Origin: Azolla caroliniana
Lineage: Eukaryota; Plantae; Polypodiophyta
DNA length: 64,000 bases
Assembly: GCA_043228905.1 (NCBI GenBank)
Contig: JBHGNT010000014.1
Location: 9,610,001 to 9,674,000, forward strand
Reading direction: 5' to 3'
In this document: one piece after another, positions 49,700 to 64,000 of the stretch
How positions within the stretch are numbered: position 1 is the stretch's first letter
Layout of the letters: the number at the start of each line of letters is the position of its first letter
Made by a program: the position numbers and the translations under genes
The notes under the pieces: model-generated
What the model saw: the letters and a program-made list of their open reading frames with translations, nothing else
Database searches by the model: none
What the model was told of the DNA's origin: nothing

Positions 49700-52600
49700 G
49701 CACAAACAGATCGTTATATTCCAATAACAGCAGTTACAAAGAATGACAACCAACAACAACCACCTCTAAAGGTTACAAAGTCACTTTATATAGTGACTGT
49801 CCTAGGGCAACTGCCCTTTATGCTATTTATAGAAATAGCCCAAACTTGGGTTGTCCAAAAGGACAGTGTGAATACGGCCATTATACACTCGTATTCGACA
49901 CTCCCCCGTAATGGGCGTATGCATGGGTTATCTAAAGAATTACAGGTATATATACAACGTTTATCAGACAGATCGGTTTTGTTAGAGTCGGCAAGATCCG
50001 AAGACAGAAGACCGAACCGGTCAAGTCGAAAGAGCTGAAGCCGATCCTCAGAGAACCGATGTCGGTGGTCCGAAACCATCCTATGTTGTGTGTCCGACTT
50101 TAACCGGACCGATTTTTCGTTACGCCCATCTGGTGCCAAAGGGACCGGAAACGATCCACCAAAAGACACTTGTTCATTCCATCTGCGACATTATCAGTTA
50201 TGGATATCTTCTCTAGACCGATTTTCCTTTAAATGACACAGTCCCGAACGAAGTGATATCGAACATCTATATGTTTGGAGGTGTTGTGGTGAACCGTATT
50301 TTTTGACAAAGCAACAGCACCCTGACTGTCACTGTAGACAACTGGAGCCGAGTCGGAGTCGACCTGTCGAAACGTGTGCGCCAACCGACCAAGCCATAAA
50401 GCTTCTTTTGCCACGTTGGACACAACTACATATTCCGCTTTGGTCATTGAGGTGGTTGTGCACTCCTGAAGTTTCGACTTCCACGAGACTGCTCCATTGC
50501 CAAATTTGAAACAGTATCCGGTTGTTGATTTCCGACTGTCCACGCAGCCGGCGAAGTCCGAGTTGGTGTAACCGACTATGCCTGAGGTTGAGTTCGGGCC
50601 AAAAAGAATGTCGTGGTCTTTTGTGCCGGCTAGATATCTGAACACATGCTTGACTGCATTCCAATGTGATTGACCGGGGTTGTGCGTGAATCTGCTGACG
50701 ACTCCTACGGCGTGAGAAATATCATGTCGTGTCACGACCATCGCGTACATAAGGGAGCCGACTGCCGGTGCATACAATACCGACTTCATATCTTCCCCCT
50801 CCAGACCGGATGTTGGGCAATCTCGCTAAGACAGCCGAAAGTTAATGGGGAGCAGGGTCGAAGCAGACTTGGCCGAGTGTATGTTGAAGCGTTCCAAGAC
50901 ACGTCCGATGTAGTCGGTTTATGCATAGCCGACTCGTTGAACACGACGTTCGAACTTCGAACGATTTGTCTGTGCTCGGGGTCCTAGAGTCGGTATCCGA
51001 TCTCGCCGTCGGGTCCATACCCAAGGAAAACGCATTTCCTTGATCTTGGTACAAGTTTCCGGCGATCGTCTTTCCGTATGAGGGCATATGCCTCGCAACC
51101 GAAGATCCTCAGCTTGTCATAATTCGGCTTACTGCCGATCCATATTTCCTGAGGTATTTGAAGTCTTAGAGAGAGATCTACTTTGCAACATATTTATTAT
51201 GTGTACTGCCGTAAGTAGAGCCTCCTCCCAGAAGCCATTCGACAGTCCAGAGTGTTGGAGCATGGATACTACGCGTTCTTGAATTGTCTTATTCAAGCGT
51301 TCTGCAATTCCGTTCTTCTCTAGACTATAAGGTGCCGTATATTCACGTCGAATGCCACGTTCCCGGCAAAATTTGACGAATTCTTCAGACTTGAATTCCC
51401 CTCCGTTGTCGATTCGGAGACATTTCAGTTTCCGACCGATCTGATTTTTGACCATTGCAAGCCATTCGGAGAAGATCGAGAACACCCGATCTTTTGTTCT
51501 GATGGGGTAAGCCCAAACCTTCCAAGTCGAGTCGTCAATAAAGCTGACGAAGTACGAAGCACCGCCGAGAGATAGGCACGACATTGGGCCATAGACGTCC
51601 AAGTGGACCAAATTGAGGGGACTCAATTCTCTTGGTGCTGATGTCGGGTGTGATGTGGCTACCTGTTTGCCGTATTGGCAATGCTCGCAGAAGTGGTGAT
51701 CTGAGAAGGAGAGTTTGGGGATGTAACCAGCTCTGGATAAGTGCGTTATGCCGTCCTTGCTGAGGTGTCCAAGTCGTCCATGCCATAACGATGACACAGG
51801 GATATCAACCAAAAATAAGTCACCCTCTTTGAGTGTGACCTATAAAGGGTACAAGGAATGTACCTTTGGTCCTCGAGCAAGCAAGAGGTTCCCTTTGTGG
51901 AGTGTCCACCCTCCTGATGAGAATCCGGCATAGATGCCAGCTTCGTCAAGCTGTCCGACTGAGATCAAGGGTCTTGAGAGTAGGAACTTGTCGGACGTTG
52001 TGTAGTACGAGTGTAGAGCCACCCGGAAGGTTGAGCTCTATGGTGCCGATTCCAATTATAGCACATTGCTACGAGTTTCCGACTCGAACTAAGTCGGAGT
52101 GCCGGTCCGAGTATTGCCAAAACTAAGATTGGTGAGGTGTCACATGATACGATGTGCCCGAGTCCAAGAGCCATGTGCTCGATTCCTCAGTTGTAAGCAG
52201 AACTTCTGATTTGACTGGGTTCTCTATGGACAATATGTTCGGGTCGGTCGTCAAAATTTCGGCTGAAGAGCCGACGTAGTTGACCTCCTCATGCCGGCTA
52301 CTCTTCTGATCTGCTCTCTAAGATTTGTCGGTTTTTGCTTTGAGTGCCTGATAGTCGGCTTTGATGTGTCTCGGTTTCTTGCATTAGTCGCAAATTCGGT
52401 TGTCCCGGGACTTGCTCCGGCTTCGTTGATTGTTCGGCGATCGAGAAGAACTTCTTCCCTGGTTGTTCGATCGGTTGGTTGAACCTTGTACTACATAAGC
52501 TTCATCTGCCGAGTCATTGGCGAAAGACTTTCTCCGAGCTGCTTCAGTCAGAATTGCGCTCGTGACTTCGGAGTACTTGACGACAGTTGTTGAACCATTG

Positions 52601-55600
52601 CACACGGTTGTAATGAAAGTTTCCCATGAAGAGAGGAGACTACTCATGAGTATCATTTCTCTGAGTTCCTCCTCGATTGTCGTCCCTTGAGACGAGATTT
52701 GGGAGCCTATGTTTTCGTACTCGTTGAGGTGTGCCTGAACCGAATCCGATTCTTTCATCCACAAGTTGTAGAGGCACCGGATCAGATACATCTTCGTTGT
52801 TGTGAGCTTCTTTGCATAAGTTTCCGACAGTGTTTTCCAAAGTTCAAAAGTTGTCATGCATGATTGCACTGTGAAGTACACTGACTCCGATAAGTGCATC
52901 CGAATCGTGGTGCAGACAATTCTGTCTAGCTTTAGCCACTCGTTTGCCTTGTATGCTTCTGGAGGATTTTCATTCTCAATCGGGTCTATCTGACCCTTGA
53001 CTATGAGATAGTCCTGCATTTGTTCCTTCCAGAAGTTGAAGTTCGAACCGTCGAACCTCCTTAGACTCATCTCTGATGAGCCGGATGTTGATGCCATCTG
53101 CTTCGGTTTCGGTTGGTAAGACTCGGTTCGGAGTTGACTACGAACCTTAGTGCGGTGTAGCCGGTTGGCTCACCCGATATCGTTCTAGTCGGTTTTGAAC
53201 CCGAGTCGGTTTGGTTTCGGATACTTGTTGCTAAACTTGCTTGGAGTGACTCCGGTAACTTGAGGGACAGAACCGGCTGGTCTTCCCGAATGTTGCCAAG
53301 TCGGAGTGAGCCCGGTTAGCTTCTGATTGTATGCCGAATACCGATTATAAGAAACCAATTGTTTGGGCCGATTCTGCTTCGGGTGATTGCAACGATGAGA
53401 GGAACGGATCCAACTGATCCTCCCGAATGTCAATCAGCCAAATGAAGCACGAATTTGGTTGTTTCCAAGAGACCAATCTACAGCGGGCGGTTACAACAAG
53501 CGAGTGAATAGCGTCCGGTGACGTATTCGGATGCCGTTTAACCGAATGAAGCACGATTGGGTCGGGTGTTGCACAGGGAGCTTCCCTCAAGCAGTTACAA
53601 TCACAGGAACAGAGTACAACCGGCTGGCTTACTCCAATTTGTGATTTAACACAGTGAGATGCGAGCTTTTTGTTTTTCTTCTCCCTTCTCTGTTCTTCAA
53701 AGAAAACGAAAGTAGAATGTTGTGTGGTGTACTATGACGGCTGGCAGCGGGTTGAAGAACCTCCAACGCTCTGATACCAAATGTTGGGGACAAGGCTGTC
53801 AATGCGGAAGTGCAAGCAACATTCTATTTGAAGAAGAACCTGTGTATGCGCATAAGCAAGATAGACACACACACACACACACACACACAGATAGGCACAA
53901 ATAGATCGTTATATTCCAATAACAACAGTTACAAAGAATGACAACTAACAACAACCACCTCTAAAGGTTACAAAGTCACTTTATATAGTGACTGTCCTAG
54001 GGCAATTGCCCTTTCTGCTATTTACAGAAATAGCCCAAACTTGGGTTGTCCAAAGGGACAGTGTGAATACGGCCATTATACACTCGTATTCGATAGGATA
54101 TGTCCATCACAAACTACACCTTGAAGATCACGGAGCTTTGTGATGCACTCGGCTCAATAAGCGTCAATGTGGAGGATGACGAAATGGTGCAAATATGCCT
54201 CGGCGGCCTTGCACCACGATTTGGCGCGATGCAGACCATCATACTAGCACGGGAGAATACACCCTCCTTCTTCGATCTTGAATCTATGTTATTGGTCGAA
54301 GAGAATCATATTCGAACAAGGAGAAACACCTCGGAAGGCCACATGCTCTACACGCATTTGAATGGAGGAAGAGGACGCGACCGAGCAAGAGGCCGATTCA
54401 GCCAAGGATGAGGCGGTGGACGAAGTTTGACTTACAACAACAACTCCCAATTTCGGCAACAAGACGGAATCCATCGAGGAACCTTCGGAAGAAGGGGGAG
54501 CTTCCATTCTGGTTCGAGTCAACAAAACTCGATCGAATGCGAATATTGCGGAAAAATTGGCCATCATGAAGAAGAGTGCCAAAAGAAGAAGCGTGAGTCA
54601 GCTTCCACAAGCCAACAACTCACAAATTATGCCATTAACTCCGATTATGAAGACCTTGACGGAATGTTTGTAATGAGACATAGAGCAAATTCTATGTCGG
54701 CCTCTACTTCGACTAATACCTCCAATCCAGAAAATGTATGGTTCGTCGACTTTGGTGCTTCGAACCATATGACGTCCCGTCAAGAATGGTTCTGAGACTT
54801 ACGAGAGCCGGATCGACCCGGTTATGTCGAGACCAGGGATGACACCACTCATTGGTAATGTCCCATTCCGGGAAGACGGCGAACAAACTTGCATAAAAAA
54901 TGTATTACATGTACCCACCATAATGAAGAATTTGGTCTAGATTGGCCAAATAGTGGAGCAAGGGATGCAAGTTCGATTCAACCAAGATGGTTGCTTCATC
55001 GAGAAGGAAGGACGACTCATCGCTCGGGGTGGAAGGGAAGGTAGAATGTTTATCCTCGAGTCAAACGAGGTGAAATCGGCCATGTACACAAAGGGCCTCA
55101 AACCTGACACCGACATAGAGCTATCGTATAAAAGAATCGGCCATATCAATCTCAACAAACTCAAGGCGATGCAATCGAAAGGAGTCGTCATCGGGCTCCT
55201 GACATTCAAAGAGAAAGAGATTGAAGGAGTATGTGAAGCATACCAATTCAGCAAGCAACATCGGCACCCGTTCCCAAAGGAGAGGAATGTGAGCAAAGGC
55301 CTATTGGACGTAGTCCACTCGGATGTGTGGGGACCGGCACAAACGGCTATGTTCGGTGGATGTCGATACTATGTTACCTTCATCGATGACTTCTCTAGAT
55401 ACACATGTATCTTCCCCATGAGGATGAAGAGCGAAGTGTTTACACACTTCCAAAAATTCAAAAGCGAAGTTGAAAAGACAACTGGGCGTCATGTACGTTG
55501 TCTTCGGTCAAACAGAGGAAAGGAATACTTCTCCGATGCATTCACAACATATCATCGAATAGAAGGAATTCAGCGAGAATTCACTTGCCGATGCACACCC

Positions 55601-58337
55601 TAACAGAACGGTGTCGCCGAACGAAAGAATCAGCACATCCTCGAGGTAGCACAGGCCATGCTCAACGAGAAGCATATGCCTAAGTCCTATTGGGCAAAAG
55701 CTGCAAATACCACCGTCTACTGCATGAACCGGCGCACAACATTCGGAGTGCACGAGGTCACCCCGCACGAGAAATACTATGGGAAGAAGCTGAACCTATC
55801 CCATGTAAGGATATTCGGCTCCATTGCATACGTGCACATGCTCGATGAGAAGCGGCTGAAGCTTGACCCAAAATCAGAGAAGTGCATCCTCGTGGGGTAC
55901 TCACTAGAGCAAAAGGGGTACAAGTGCTTCAACCCCTCTACTCGGAAGACTCGTGTAAGTCGAGATGTCGTCTATGACGAATCGACACCATCGTACAAAC
56001 CCGAGCCGAATCCTCCCGAACCATCTACGAACGACCTTGACAACACAAAAGATGATGATCAACTAAGGTCAATACTCGAAGAGAGTCCGATCTCAACCAA
56101 ATTCAGCAGACCACAAGAGCCTCCGAGCAACCAAATATGGACAAAGGGAAGGCAAAAATGCTAGAATATGAAGACGATCACTTCGACGGCAACGAATCGA
56201 CTCATTCACTCGATAGTGATTTCGATGGCTTTGATGTGCCTCATATGAGGCCACTCGGAGTTGAGAAAGCACTCACATCGGCAAATGAGAAACTCCGTTA
56301 CTCCAGCCAAGAGAAGAATTCAGTTAGCCGATTCGGCTACAACGACTATATGGCATACCACTATGCCTTTATGATGAAGGTGGCAGCAATTCGAGAACCG
56401 GAGAGCTTTGCTGAAGCCACTAAAGATCCGCGATGGGTCGAAGTGGTGAACGAGGAGATGCAAGCTCTCAGCAAGAATGAGACATAGGATCTCGTCCCTC
56501 ACTCATCGCACAAGAAGGCAATCAGCTGCAAATGGACATACAAACTAAAGTATAACGTCGACGGTTCCGTCAACCACTACAAAGCTCGACTCGTAGCAAA
56601 GGGCTATGTACAAACACAGGACGTCGACTATGAAGAGACCTTTCCCCTGGTGGCACCTCCACCAGATAGATGTCAAGAACGCTTTTCTTCAAGGTGAATT
56701 AGAAGAGGTGTACATGGTACAACCACCCAGCTTCGAATCCAACATTCATCCAAAAGCCATATGTTGACTCAATAAGCCTCTCTACGGCCTTAAGCAAGCA
56801 CCACGTGCTTGGCACTCGAAGATAACATAATATCTTCATCGAATCGGCTTCCAAATGTCAAAATCTGACAATGCTCTCTATGTAAGAAGCGATTCTGAAA
56901 GTCCGATTATCATCATCCTGTATGTGGATGATCTGGTCATTGGAGGTGCGCATCTAGTTGACATCAACAAGGTCAAATCCCTCCTTTCCAACAAATTTGA
57001 GATGAAGGACATGAAAGAGCTCCACTACTTCCTTGGCATCGAGGTAATTCGAACTACAGCCGGGATTATGATCTCCGAACGGCACTACATTCTCAACTTG
57101 TTATACAAGTTAGGGATGACTAAGTGCAAATCTGTGGCAACACCTCTCGACCGAAACCTCAAACTAGATGCCAATTCTGGCACCACAGAGTGTGAGCCGA
57201 CTCAGTATCAACAACTGATCGGTAGTCTTATTTACCTCACGATCACTCGACTAGACTTGAGCTATCCAGTCAGCCTTCTTAGCCAGTTCATGTAAACTCC
57301 ACGAGATATCCATTTGGATTGTGCTAAGAGAGTGCTACGATACGTGAGCGGAACGATGGACTATGGCATTCTCTATAGCTCGGCCACACCAATTCAAGTC
57401 GAGGGGTACACAGATGCCAATTGGGCAAGCTACAAAGCCGACCGACGATCAACCTCCAGTTTTGTCTTCTCCCTCGGAAGTGGAGCCATGTCCTGGAGTA
57501 GCAAGAAGCAACCAACCTTCGCTCTTTCGAGCACAGAGGCCGAATACAGGGGCACGGCGGTGGTTGCATGTGAAGTCGTATGGCTTAAGAGTATCTTGAA
57601 GGATCTGGGCATTCCCATCAAAGATCCAATTCCCCTTTACTGCGAAGACATGAGCAGTATTTATATGGCTCGGAACTCGGTGTTCCACGCACACACGAAG
57701 CATATCGAACTGCACTATCACTTCATTCGAGAGCACGTTCAAGCTGGCGATGTCGACCTTCAACATATCACTATGAATCTTCAAACAACCGACACCTTCA
57801 CCAAAGCCCTTGGAGCCGACAAGCTTTGGCAATTCCTATCAGACCTTAGATTGACGGTCCCTAACTTGCCAAGCTTGAGGGGGAGTACAAGCGAAAACCG
57901 GATACTATTCAAACCGTCCAAACCGGATACGAGCTGAAGCGGACATCAACCGGAGTAGCCGACCAAAATTGAGCTTGAGAAGCGTGTTGAGAATCAAGCT
58001 CAACCTAGTCTAGTGTGTGAACACACCCTTGAGAGTGTGCACTCAAAGGTTAAAAGTCACCACTCTTATCTACACATTAACTATGTGTCATAGAATCATA
58101 TTCTATGACACATAACCAATGAGTTTTCACATTCACCATGACCCATGAGCTTCGGTAGTTAACGAAGAGAGAGAGTGACTATATAAAGCACTCTCCTCCT
58201 ACATTGTAATATACATCTTCTTTAGTATTCTATTGTCTCTCTAATCTATCTTTTGTTTCTCTCCTCTATATCTCTCTATCTCTCTCACATATCTGTAGTC
58301 TATTCCGTTGCACAAGAATCACCATCGATTCTTTACA
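48666..58337 (+). mobile_element. Full-length degenerate Ty1/copia element inserted in the gypsy LTR
   Basis: LTRs 48666-49063 and 57985-58337; TSD GAATC (48661-48665 and 58338-58342); PBS (C)GGTATCAGAGC 49064-49075; gag-PR-IN-RT-RH. Confidence 0.95.
49567..54095 (-). mobile_element. Internally deleted Ty1/copia element nested in the copia gag
   Basis: LTRs 49567-49900 and 53782-54095; TSD GGATA (49562-49566 and 54096-54100); PBS-Met 53768-53779; PPT 49901-49907. Gag 53097-52384, integrase 51812-51129 and RNase H 50789-50229; most of RT is absent. Confidence 0.95.
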
Positions 58338-58450
58338 GAATCCAACAACTACGTCCATTCATCTTGCACATATCTCTAGTCTATTCCACTGCACAAGAAT
58401 CACCATCGATTCTTTACAGAATCCAACAACTACGTCCATTCATCTTGCAC
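58286..58450. repeat. 81-bp tandem duplication spanning the LTR end and TSD
   Basis: CACATATCT..CTTTACA-GAATC-CAACAACTACGTCCATTCATCTTG occurs twice. Confidence 0.9.
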
Positions 58451-58859
58451 ACTTTATAGGACTTCACTAGTCATATCTTCCAAGGAGAGAACTTCTCCAT
58501 ACCGATATTCTAGATCATAGCTCGAGGGTCGTCGGGTGGAACGGGTTCTTCTATCCATTCTATTTTCCTTCTTTTACTTTACTTTGGTCTATTGATTAGT
58601 AATAGACTCTTAACAGTGGTATCAGAGCATTTACTAACAATTTTTTTTGTTGTTTTGATGTTTTTCGCATGTGAGCGATGGGGATCTAACAAGGCTCGTC
58701 GTGCTCTTCACAGGATCAAAACAACATTCTTAACCCGGTATTCTTCTTTCTCGATCTCTCTTTTCTTTTCTATGATGCTTTCTTCTTGGTCATATTGAAA
58801 GGGTATTACGTTTTCTTTTCTTTTCTTTCTTCTTTCTACCATCATACCATGTTAATCTA

Positions 58860-59310
58860 CTTATGCATTGGGTCGAGCGTGTTTGCACTAATCACACACG
58901 CTCAACTCATGGCCCTTTCGCATATTGCAATGTATCTCCCACTCTCCCCTCTCTTGAGCCATCTCTTACGATAATAATTATTCTTGTGCATCGGGTCGAG
59001 CGTGTTTGCCCTAATCGCACACGCTCACCTCATGGCCCTTTTGCATATGATGTTGAGTATGCCACTCTTCCCTTTATTGAGCCATCACTTGGCTGATTCT
59101 ATGGGATGTTGTGGTCTTGACGAGGCGTATTTCGCCTACCTATGCCACTCTACTCTCTATTAAGCCATCATTTGGCCGATTCTATGGGATTTTGTGGCCT
59201 TAACGAGGTATATGTCGCTTATATATGCCACTTTACTCTTTATTGAGCCATCAATTGGCCGATTCTAGGGAGATGTGTTGGTCTTGAGGAGGTGCATGTC
59301 GACTACCTTA
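58860..59310. repeat. Degenerate tandem repeats in the gypsy 5' leader
   Basis: Two ~125-bp TGCAT.GGGTCGAGCGTGTTTGC units, then three ~85-bp TATGCCACT...GAGCCATCA...GATTCTA.GGGA units. Confidence 0.8.
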
Positions 59311-62300
59311 GGGTTTCATACCTTAAGGCATGCTTAATGATTCATACACCTAATTGATTATTATTCTAGTTAATTTCTAATTACACAAATTTTCGTTTCA
59401 CTTTTGTATGATTTTCTAGTAATTGTCATTTACCCACCCACAATTAACTCTCTTTCTTGCCCTTATTTTAAGTTCATCTATACTATTTACGTATGTTTAA
59501 TGGTGTAACGATTCATGTAGACTATTTTTTAATATTGAGTGGGCATCATACCGTTTTTTGAACGATTTTTTCAACGGCACATCTAGGTTTAACGCATATT
59601 ATCGAGCGGCCCTTAGAACTCGAGTAAAACCACTTGAGTTCCCTATTGATGTTTTACTCATAGATATGAGTTCTACATGCACAACACCACCGCCACTTTT
59701 ATCAATTTGTGTCTTATGTCACAATTGTGCAAATTACAACCACCATATTGGGATGTATGTGCATACCTCGCACCATCCATTTATTTGTGACATTTTCTTT
59801 TTGTAGGTAACACATGGGTTTTTTGACCCTTGTTTTCATCACTGCTTGATTCTTATGGGTAGTGCCTTATTTTATCGTTTTTGTCATGACATTTTCTTGT
59901 TACTCGCAAGACTAGAATATTACTCGTGAGTGCACTTGTTTTTTCACGTAATACACTTTCTCGACCATATCAATACATGTTGGGTTGGCATTCTAATATA
60001 AGGCTAACTAGGAAACTACGTTGATGTTAGAACCATGGTTGAGCCTTGGGGAGCCGCCATGATTATTCAAGATAGAGATCGAGAAAGACATCTTCTCTAT
60101 GTTTTCCCCCATGGTTTTTAAAACACCATAGTGTTACCATAGTTATCGGATCTCGAATCACATCTCATATGTCTAGAGGGGTAAAGACGTGAGATGCTTT
60201 CTTGGTAAAGTTCTTACGAATCAAAATTTCAAGCATTCATTTTGCTTGTGTATTTTCTGGACCTCCTTATTTATATTGCATACCCATAGCTTGCATCATG
60301 GAACAAGTTTTGATTGGAGCAATCTCTCCAACCGAGACCTGTCAACTCCAATCCGCATCTCGCACACAAGCTGAGATCACTATTGAGCAATTGGTCACTA
60401 CTACCTTGAATCAATTGGCCTAAATGAGGCAGGCCAATATGGCATAGGAAAAGAAAATCCAAGAATTGACTATTGAGTCCAAGAAAGAAGGTGAGCCTTT
60501 TTTCGTAGTGATGACATTCAAGGGAGATAAGAAAGAAAGAACCGAGGAGGCCATTAGCACTTGGCTTGGTCATTGGGAGTCTCACTTTGAGCTCCACCCC
60601 AAGCCCGATGCTATAAAATTTGGTTACATCGGTCGTGAGTTAGGTGGCCGAGCTGCTGCTTGGTGGCGCGGCCTAAGGACTGCAAAGAACTTACCCACAA
60701 CTTGGGAAGGTTGTTGATGTTTTTGAGAAACAGTTTTTGCAACCACCTTCTCAAACTGAACAAGCGCAACACTTGCTCACGTTGTCGAGTAAACCATTTA
60801 CCTCTATTGACAATTATGTGCATCATGCTCGGACCCAAATCCAAAAATCTGGACTTACGGATGAGAAATGGTTTGTTGCTTGCTTTTTGAATGGTATTCC
60901 CAATGGGGATTACCATTGGATTGTCCATGACAAGGACCCCACAACTTTCGAGGAAGTCGTCAACATTGTACTTCGGTACCATAGGACTTCCAAGAAAGAC
61001 CACAATAAACCTGAGTTTGCCAAAACTCCAAATGTCAAGTTCATTGTGAAACGTAAGCAATCCAATGACACTCTTGACTGCGACTCCACGAAACCGAACC
61101 TCTTCTGTGCATATTACAAGAAGCGGGGCCACACAAAGGATACATGTCGTCGTCTTGAGAGGAAGTCAATGAACGCCCCTCCTCAAGACAAATCTACAAG
61201 TCACACAGGTGAGTCTTTTGATGTTGTTAAAGTTCATACCAACCACTTAAGTTCATGTGAATGCACTTTTCCTTCACATTTACTTGGACCTAATGATTTA
61301 CTCCGAGCAGTCGGGTATATCAATGGAACACAAGCACATTTCTTGTTTGATTCTGGTAGTTCTCACAATTTTCTTAATGATCACTTTGTGCAGAAAATGG
61401 AACTCCACATAAACGCAAGTGATCATATCTATCAAGTTCACATGGCAAATGGAAGTGTTCAATACATCAGTGGCATTGTTTGTCAACTGCCAATTCAAAT
61501 AGATACCTATTTGGAGAAGCTTGGCTTTCATGTTATGAAACTACAATCCACATATGTCATTTTAGGATACCCTTGGTTTTTTAATAAAAACCCTTCTTTG
61601 TCCATTGATTGGGTTAATCACTCAATCACATAATAATTGTAAACATTTTATTCAATGTTCCAAACTTCCTTCATGCTCACTTGTGTCTTCTAAATCTTTA
61701 AGTGAGTATTCAGTTCATTAATTTATTCGTGTGTAATTGATCCTGCACTTCAATTTTATTATTTTAATATTGACACCACACAATTACCACATTATGAACA
61801 ACGATTACTCAACTCTATTTTAGACGATTTTCAAGACGTGTTTCCTAACGAATTGCCACTTACTTTACCACCAAAACGTAATGTGGACCATCAAATTGAA
61901 CTCATTCTTGGTGCTACTCCTGTGAACATTCCACCTTACTGACTTAGTCGATTAGAAGATGATGAGATCACCAAACAACTTAAGGAATACTCGAGTATGG
62001 GCCACATTAGGTATAGTAAATCACCTTGGGGTGTGCCAGTTCTATTAGTTAAGAAGAAAGAAGGTTCATGGTGAATGTGTATCAATTATCGTCGTTTGAA
62101 TAAAATGACAATTAAAAATGCATATTTGTTACCTCGTGCCGATGATTTGATTGATCATTTGCATGGGGCCCGATATTTTACGAAAATTGATTTGCGAACA
62201 AGTTATCATCAGATTCACATTGCCGAGGATGATATTCCTAAAACCGCTTTTCATACGCGCTATGGCCATTATGAGTTTTTAGTCATGCCTTTCGGGTTGA

Positions 62301-64000
62301 CTAATGCTCCAGCCACATTCCAACAAGCGATGAATGATGTTTTCCGAGATCAAATTGATGATTTTGTTGTCGTCTTCTTGGATGATATTTTGATATATAG
62401 TCGTACCTTGCAAGATCATGTTCAACATGTTCGATTTGTTTCGCAAAAGTTGCGTGACAACTCTTTCTATGCAAAACATTCAAAATGTGATTTTTTCCAA
62501 AAACCTATTGTGTACCTAGGTCATTTAATTACAGAAAATGGTGTTGAAATTGAACCTTCTCATATTGAAATAGTTAAACTTTGGCCCATTCCTCCTAATA
62601 TTCGTGAACTGTGATCATTCTTAGGGTTTGTTGGATTTTTACGAAAATCAATTCGTAACTATTCCAAATTGACTACGCCATTAACTGACCTTTTGAAAGG
62701 TCATCCACGTAAGTCTATCAAACCAATTGCATGGAATGAACAACTTGAAAAATCATTTGAGACACTCAAAGAGCATGTGTGTCAAGATCCCACTCTTCTA
62801 TTACTAGACCCTTCTAAGCCTTTCTCAATCGAAACCGATGCTAGTGATTATGCTATAGGTGCCGTTCTTTATCAATGCGGTCACCCTATTGCTTTTGAAA
62901 GTAAGAAGCTTGATGTTGCTCAATCTCGGTATTCGGTTCAAGAGAAAGAGTTGTTTGCGGTAATACATGCACTTAAAACATGGAGGCACTATCTCTATGG
63001 AAATAAATTTGTGGTTACAACAGACCATCAATCATTGAGGTATTTTTGTGACCAGCCAGATCTTGTTGGTCGTAAAGGCCGTTGGGCTAACCTTATGCAA
63101 GATTTTGATTTTTCCATACGGTATCGCAAGGGTTCAATGAACACTGTTGCGGATGCTCTTAGTCACATTAAAGAAGTTAACATGCTTAGCTTCACAGAAA
63201 TAAAATCTGATCCTTTAGATCACCTTCGAGGGAAATACCTTGATGACAGTTATTTTTTGAAATACTGGACGAAAACCGAATCTGGTTTAGATGCCGATAC
63301 TAGCACCCTACCCTCGAAGGCGACCTCTCACATTACAAACAGTTTGCTCTACCATAGTGGAAAGGTCTGTGTTCCAGATTTACCAAACGTAAAACAGAAA
63401 ATTCTTCATGAATGTCATGATGCACCATCTACTGGTCATCCTGGAATACAACGCACACTCGTTCTCATCTCGAGTACTTTTTTCTGGCCTAAGATGCGTT
63501 CTGACGTGCATAAATACGTAACTCAATGCTTACAATGTCAAATTAATAAGTCAAAACAACTTAAAGCTGCGGGTCTTTTACATCCATTAGATATTCCCAA
63601 CAACAAATGGGAAAGTATCTCGATGGATTTTATTGTTAGTTTACCTCGTACACATAGGGGTCATGATACCATTTGGGTTGTCGTTGACAAACTAACAAAA
63701 TTGGCTAGATTTATTACTACCAAAACCACGATAACTGCTCAACAATTGGCTTATCAATTTGTTGATGAGTTATTTCGTTTTTTTGGATTACCGATGGATA
63801 TTGTTAGTGATGGAGATTCCAAGTTTACTAGTGACTTTTGGACTCAAGTCTTTAAGAAATTAGAAACTACGTTGAGCATGAGTTCCGCAGATCATCCTCA
63901 ATCTGATGGACAAACTGAATGAGTTAATCAAATTATTGAGGACATGCTTCAAGCTTATGTAGCAAAATCCCCTTCTAAGTGGGAGCAATACCTTCCTATC

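Larger units (their letters stand above)
48633..64000 (+). mobile_element. Ty3/gypsy (chromovirus-like) element with split 5' LTR; runs off the window end
   Basis: LTR 48633-48665 plus 58343-58615 (TGTTAGAG...CTCTTAACA); PBS-Met 58617-58628; long leader with tandem repeats. Gag ~60298-61200 (CAYYKKRGHTKDTC), protease FLFDSGS, RT VFLDDIL, RNase H ETDASD and integrase 62669-63922. Confidence 0.9.

Overview
Eukaryotic land-plant DNA; a large-genome, probably non-seed plant such as a fern is my inference from the TE complement. The only intact host gene is a three-exon NAC transcription factor on the minus strand (6561-4424, 391 aa) with an ABRE/G-box-rich promoter. Most of the rest is nested, degenerate LTR retrotransposons: at least six Ty1/copia elements or fragments, five Ty3/gypsy elements or fragments and a solo LTR, plus MITEs. 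Many of these resolve to LTR, PBS, PPT and TSD coordinates. The most notable signal is a decayed, intron-containing beta-class (N4-cytosine/N6-adenine) DNA methyltransferase gene at ~33.2-34.4 kb on the minus strand. It shows motifs GD..LIVDIPYG, ENLA(W), SNEGDWILDLFSGSG and NTVAL(E>K)KD..FI..RI in the prokaryotic beta order. A second diverged copy of its last exon and downstream sequence lies at ~9.4-10.7 kb, suggesting a repeat- or transposon-borne amino-methyltransferase family. Other highlights are a chromovirus with an apparent Tf1-like self-priming site and a textbook -1 frameshift signal, two more candidate frameshift sites, an internal inversion, templated filler DNA and a palindrome-built foldback element. 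All coordinates and alignments were read by eye; no database searches were run.
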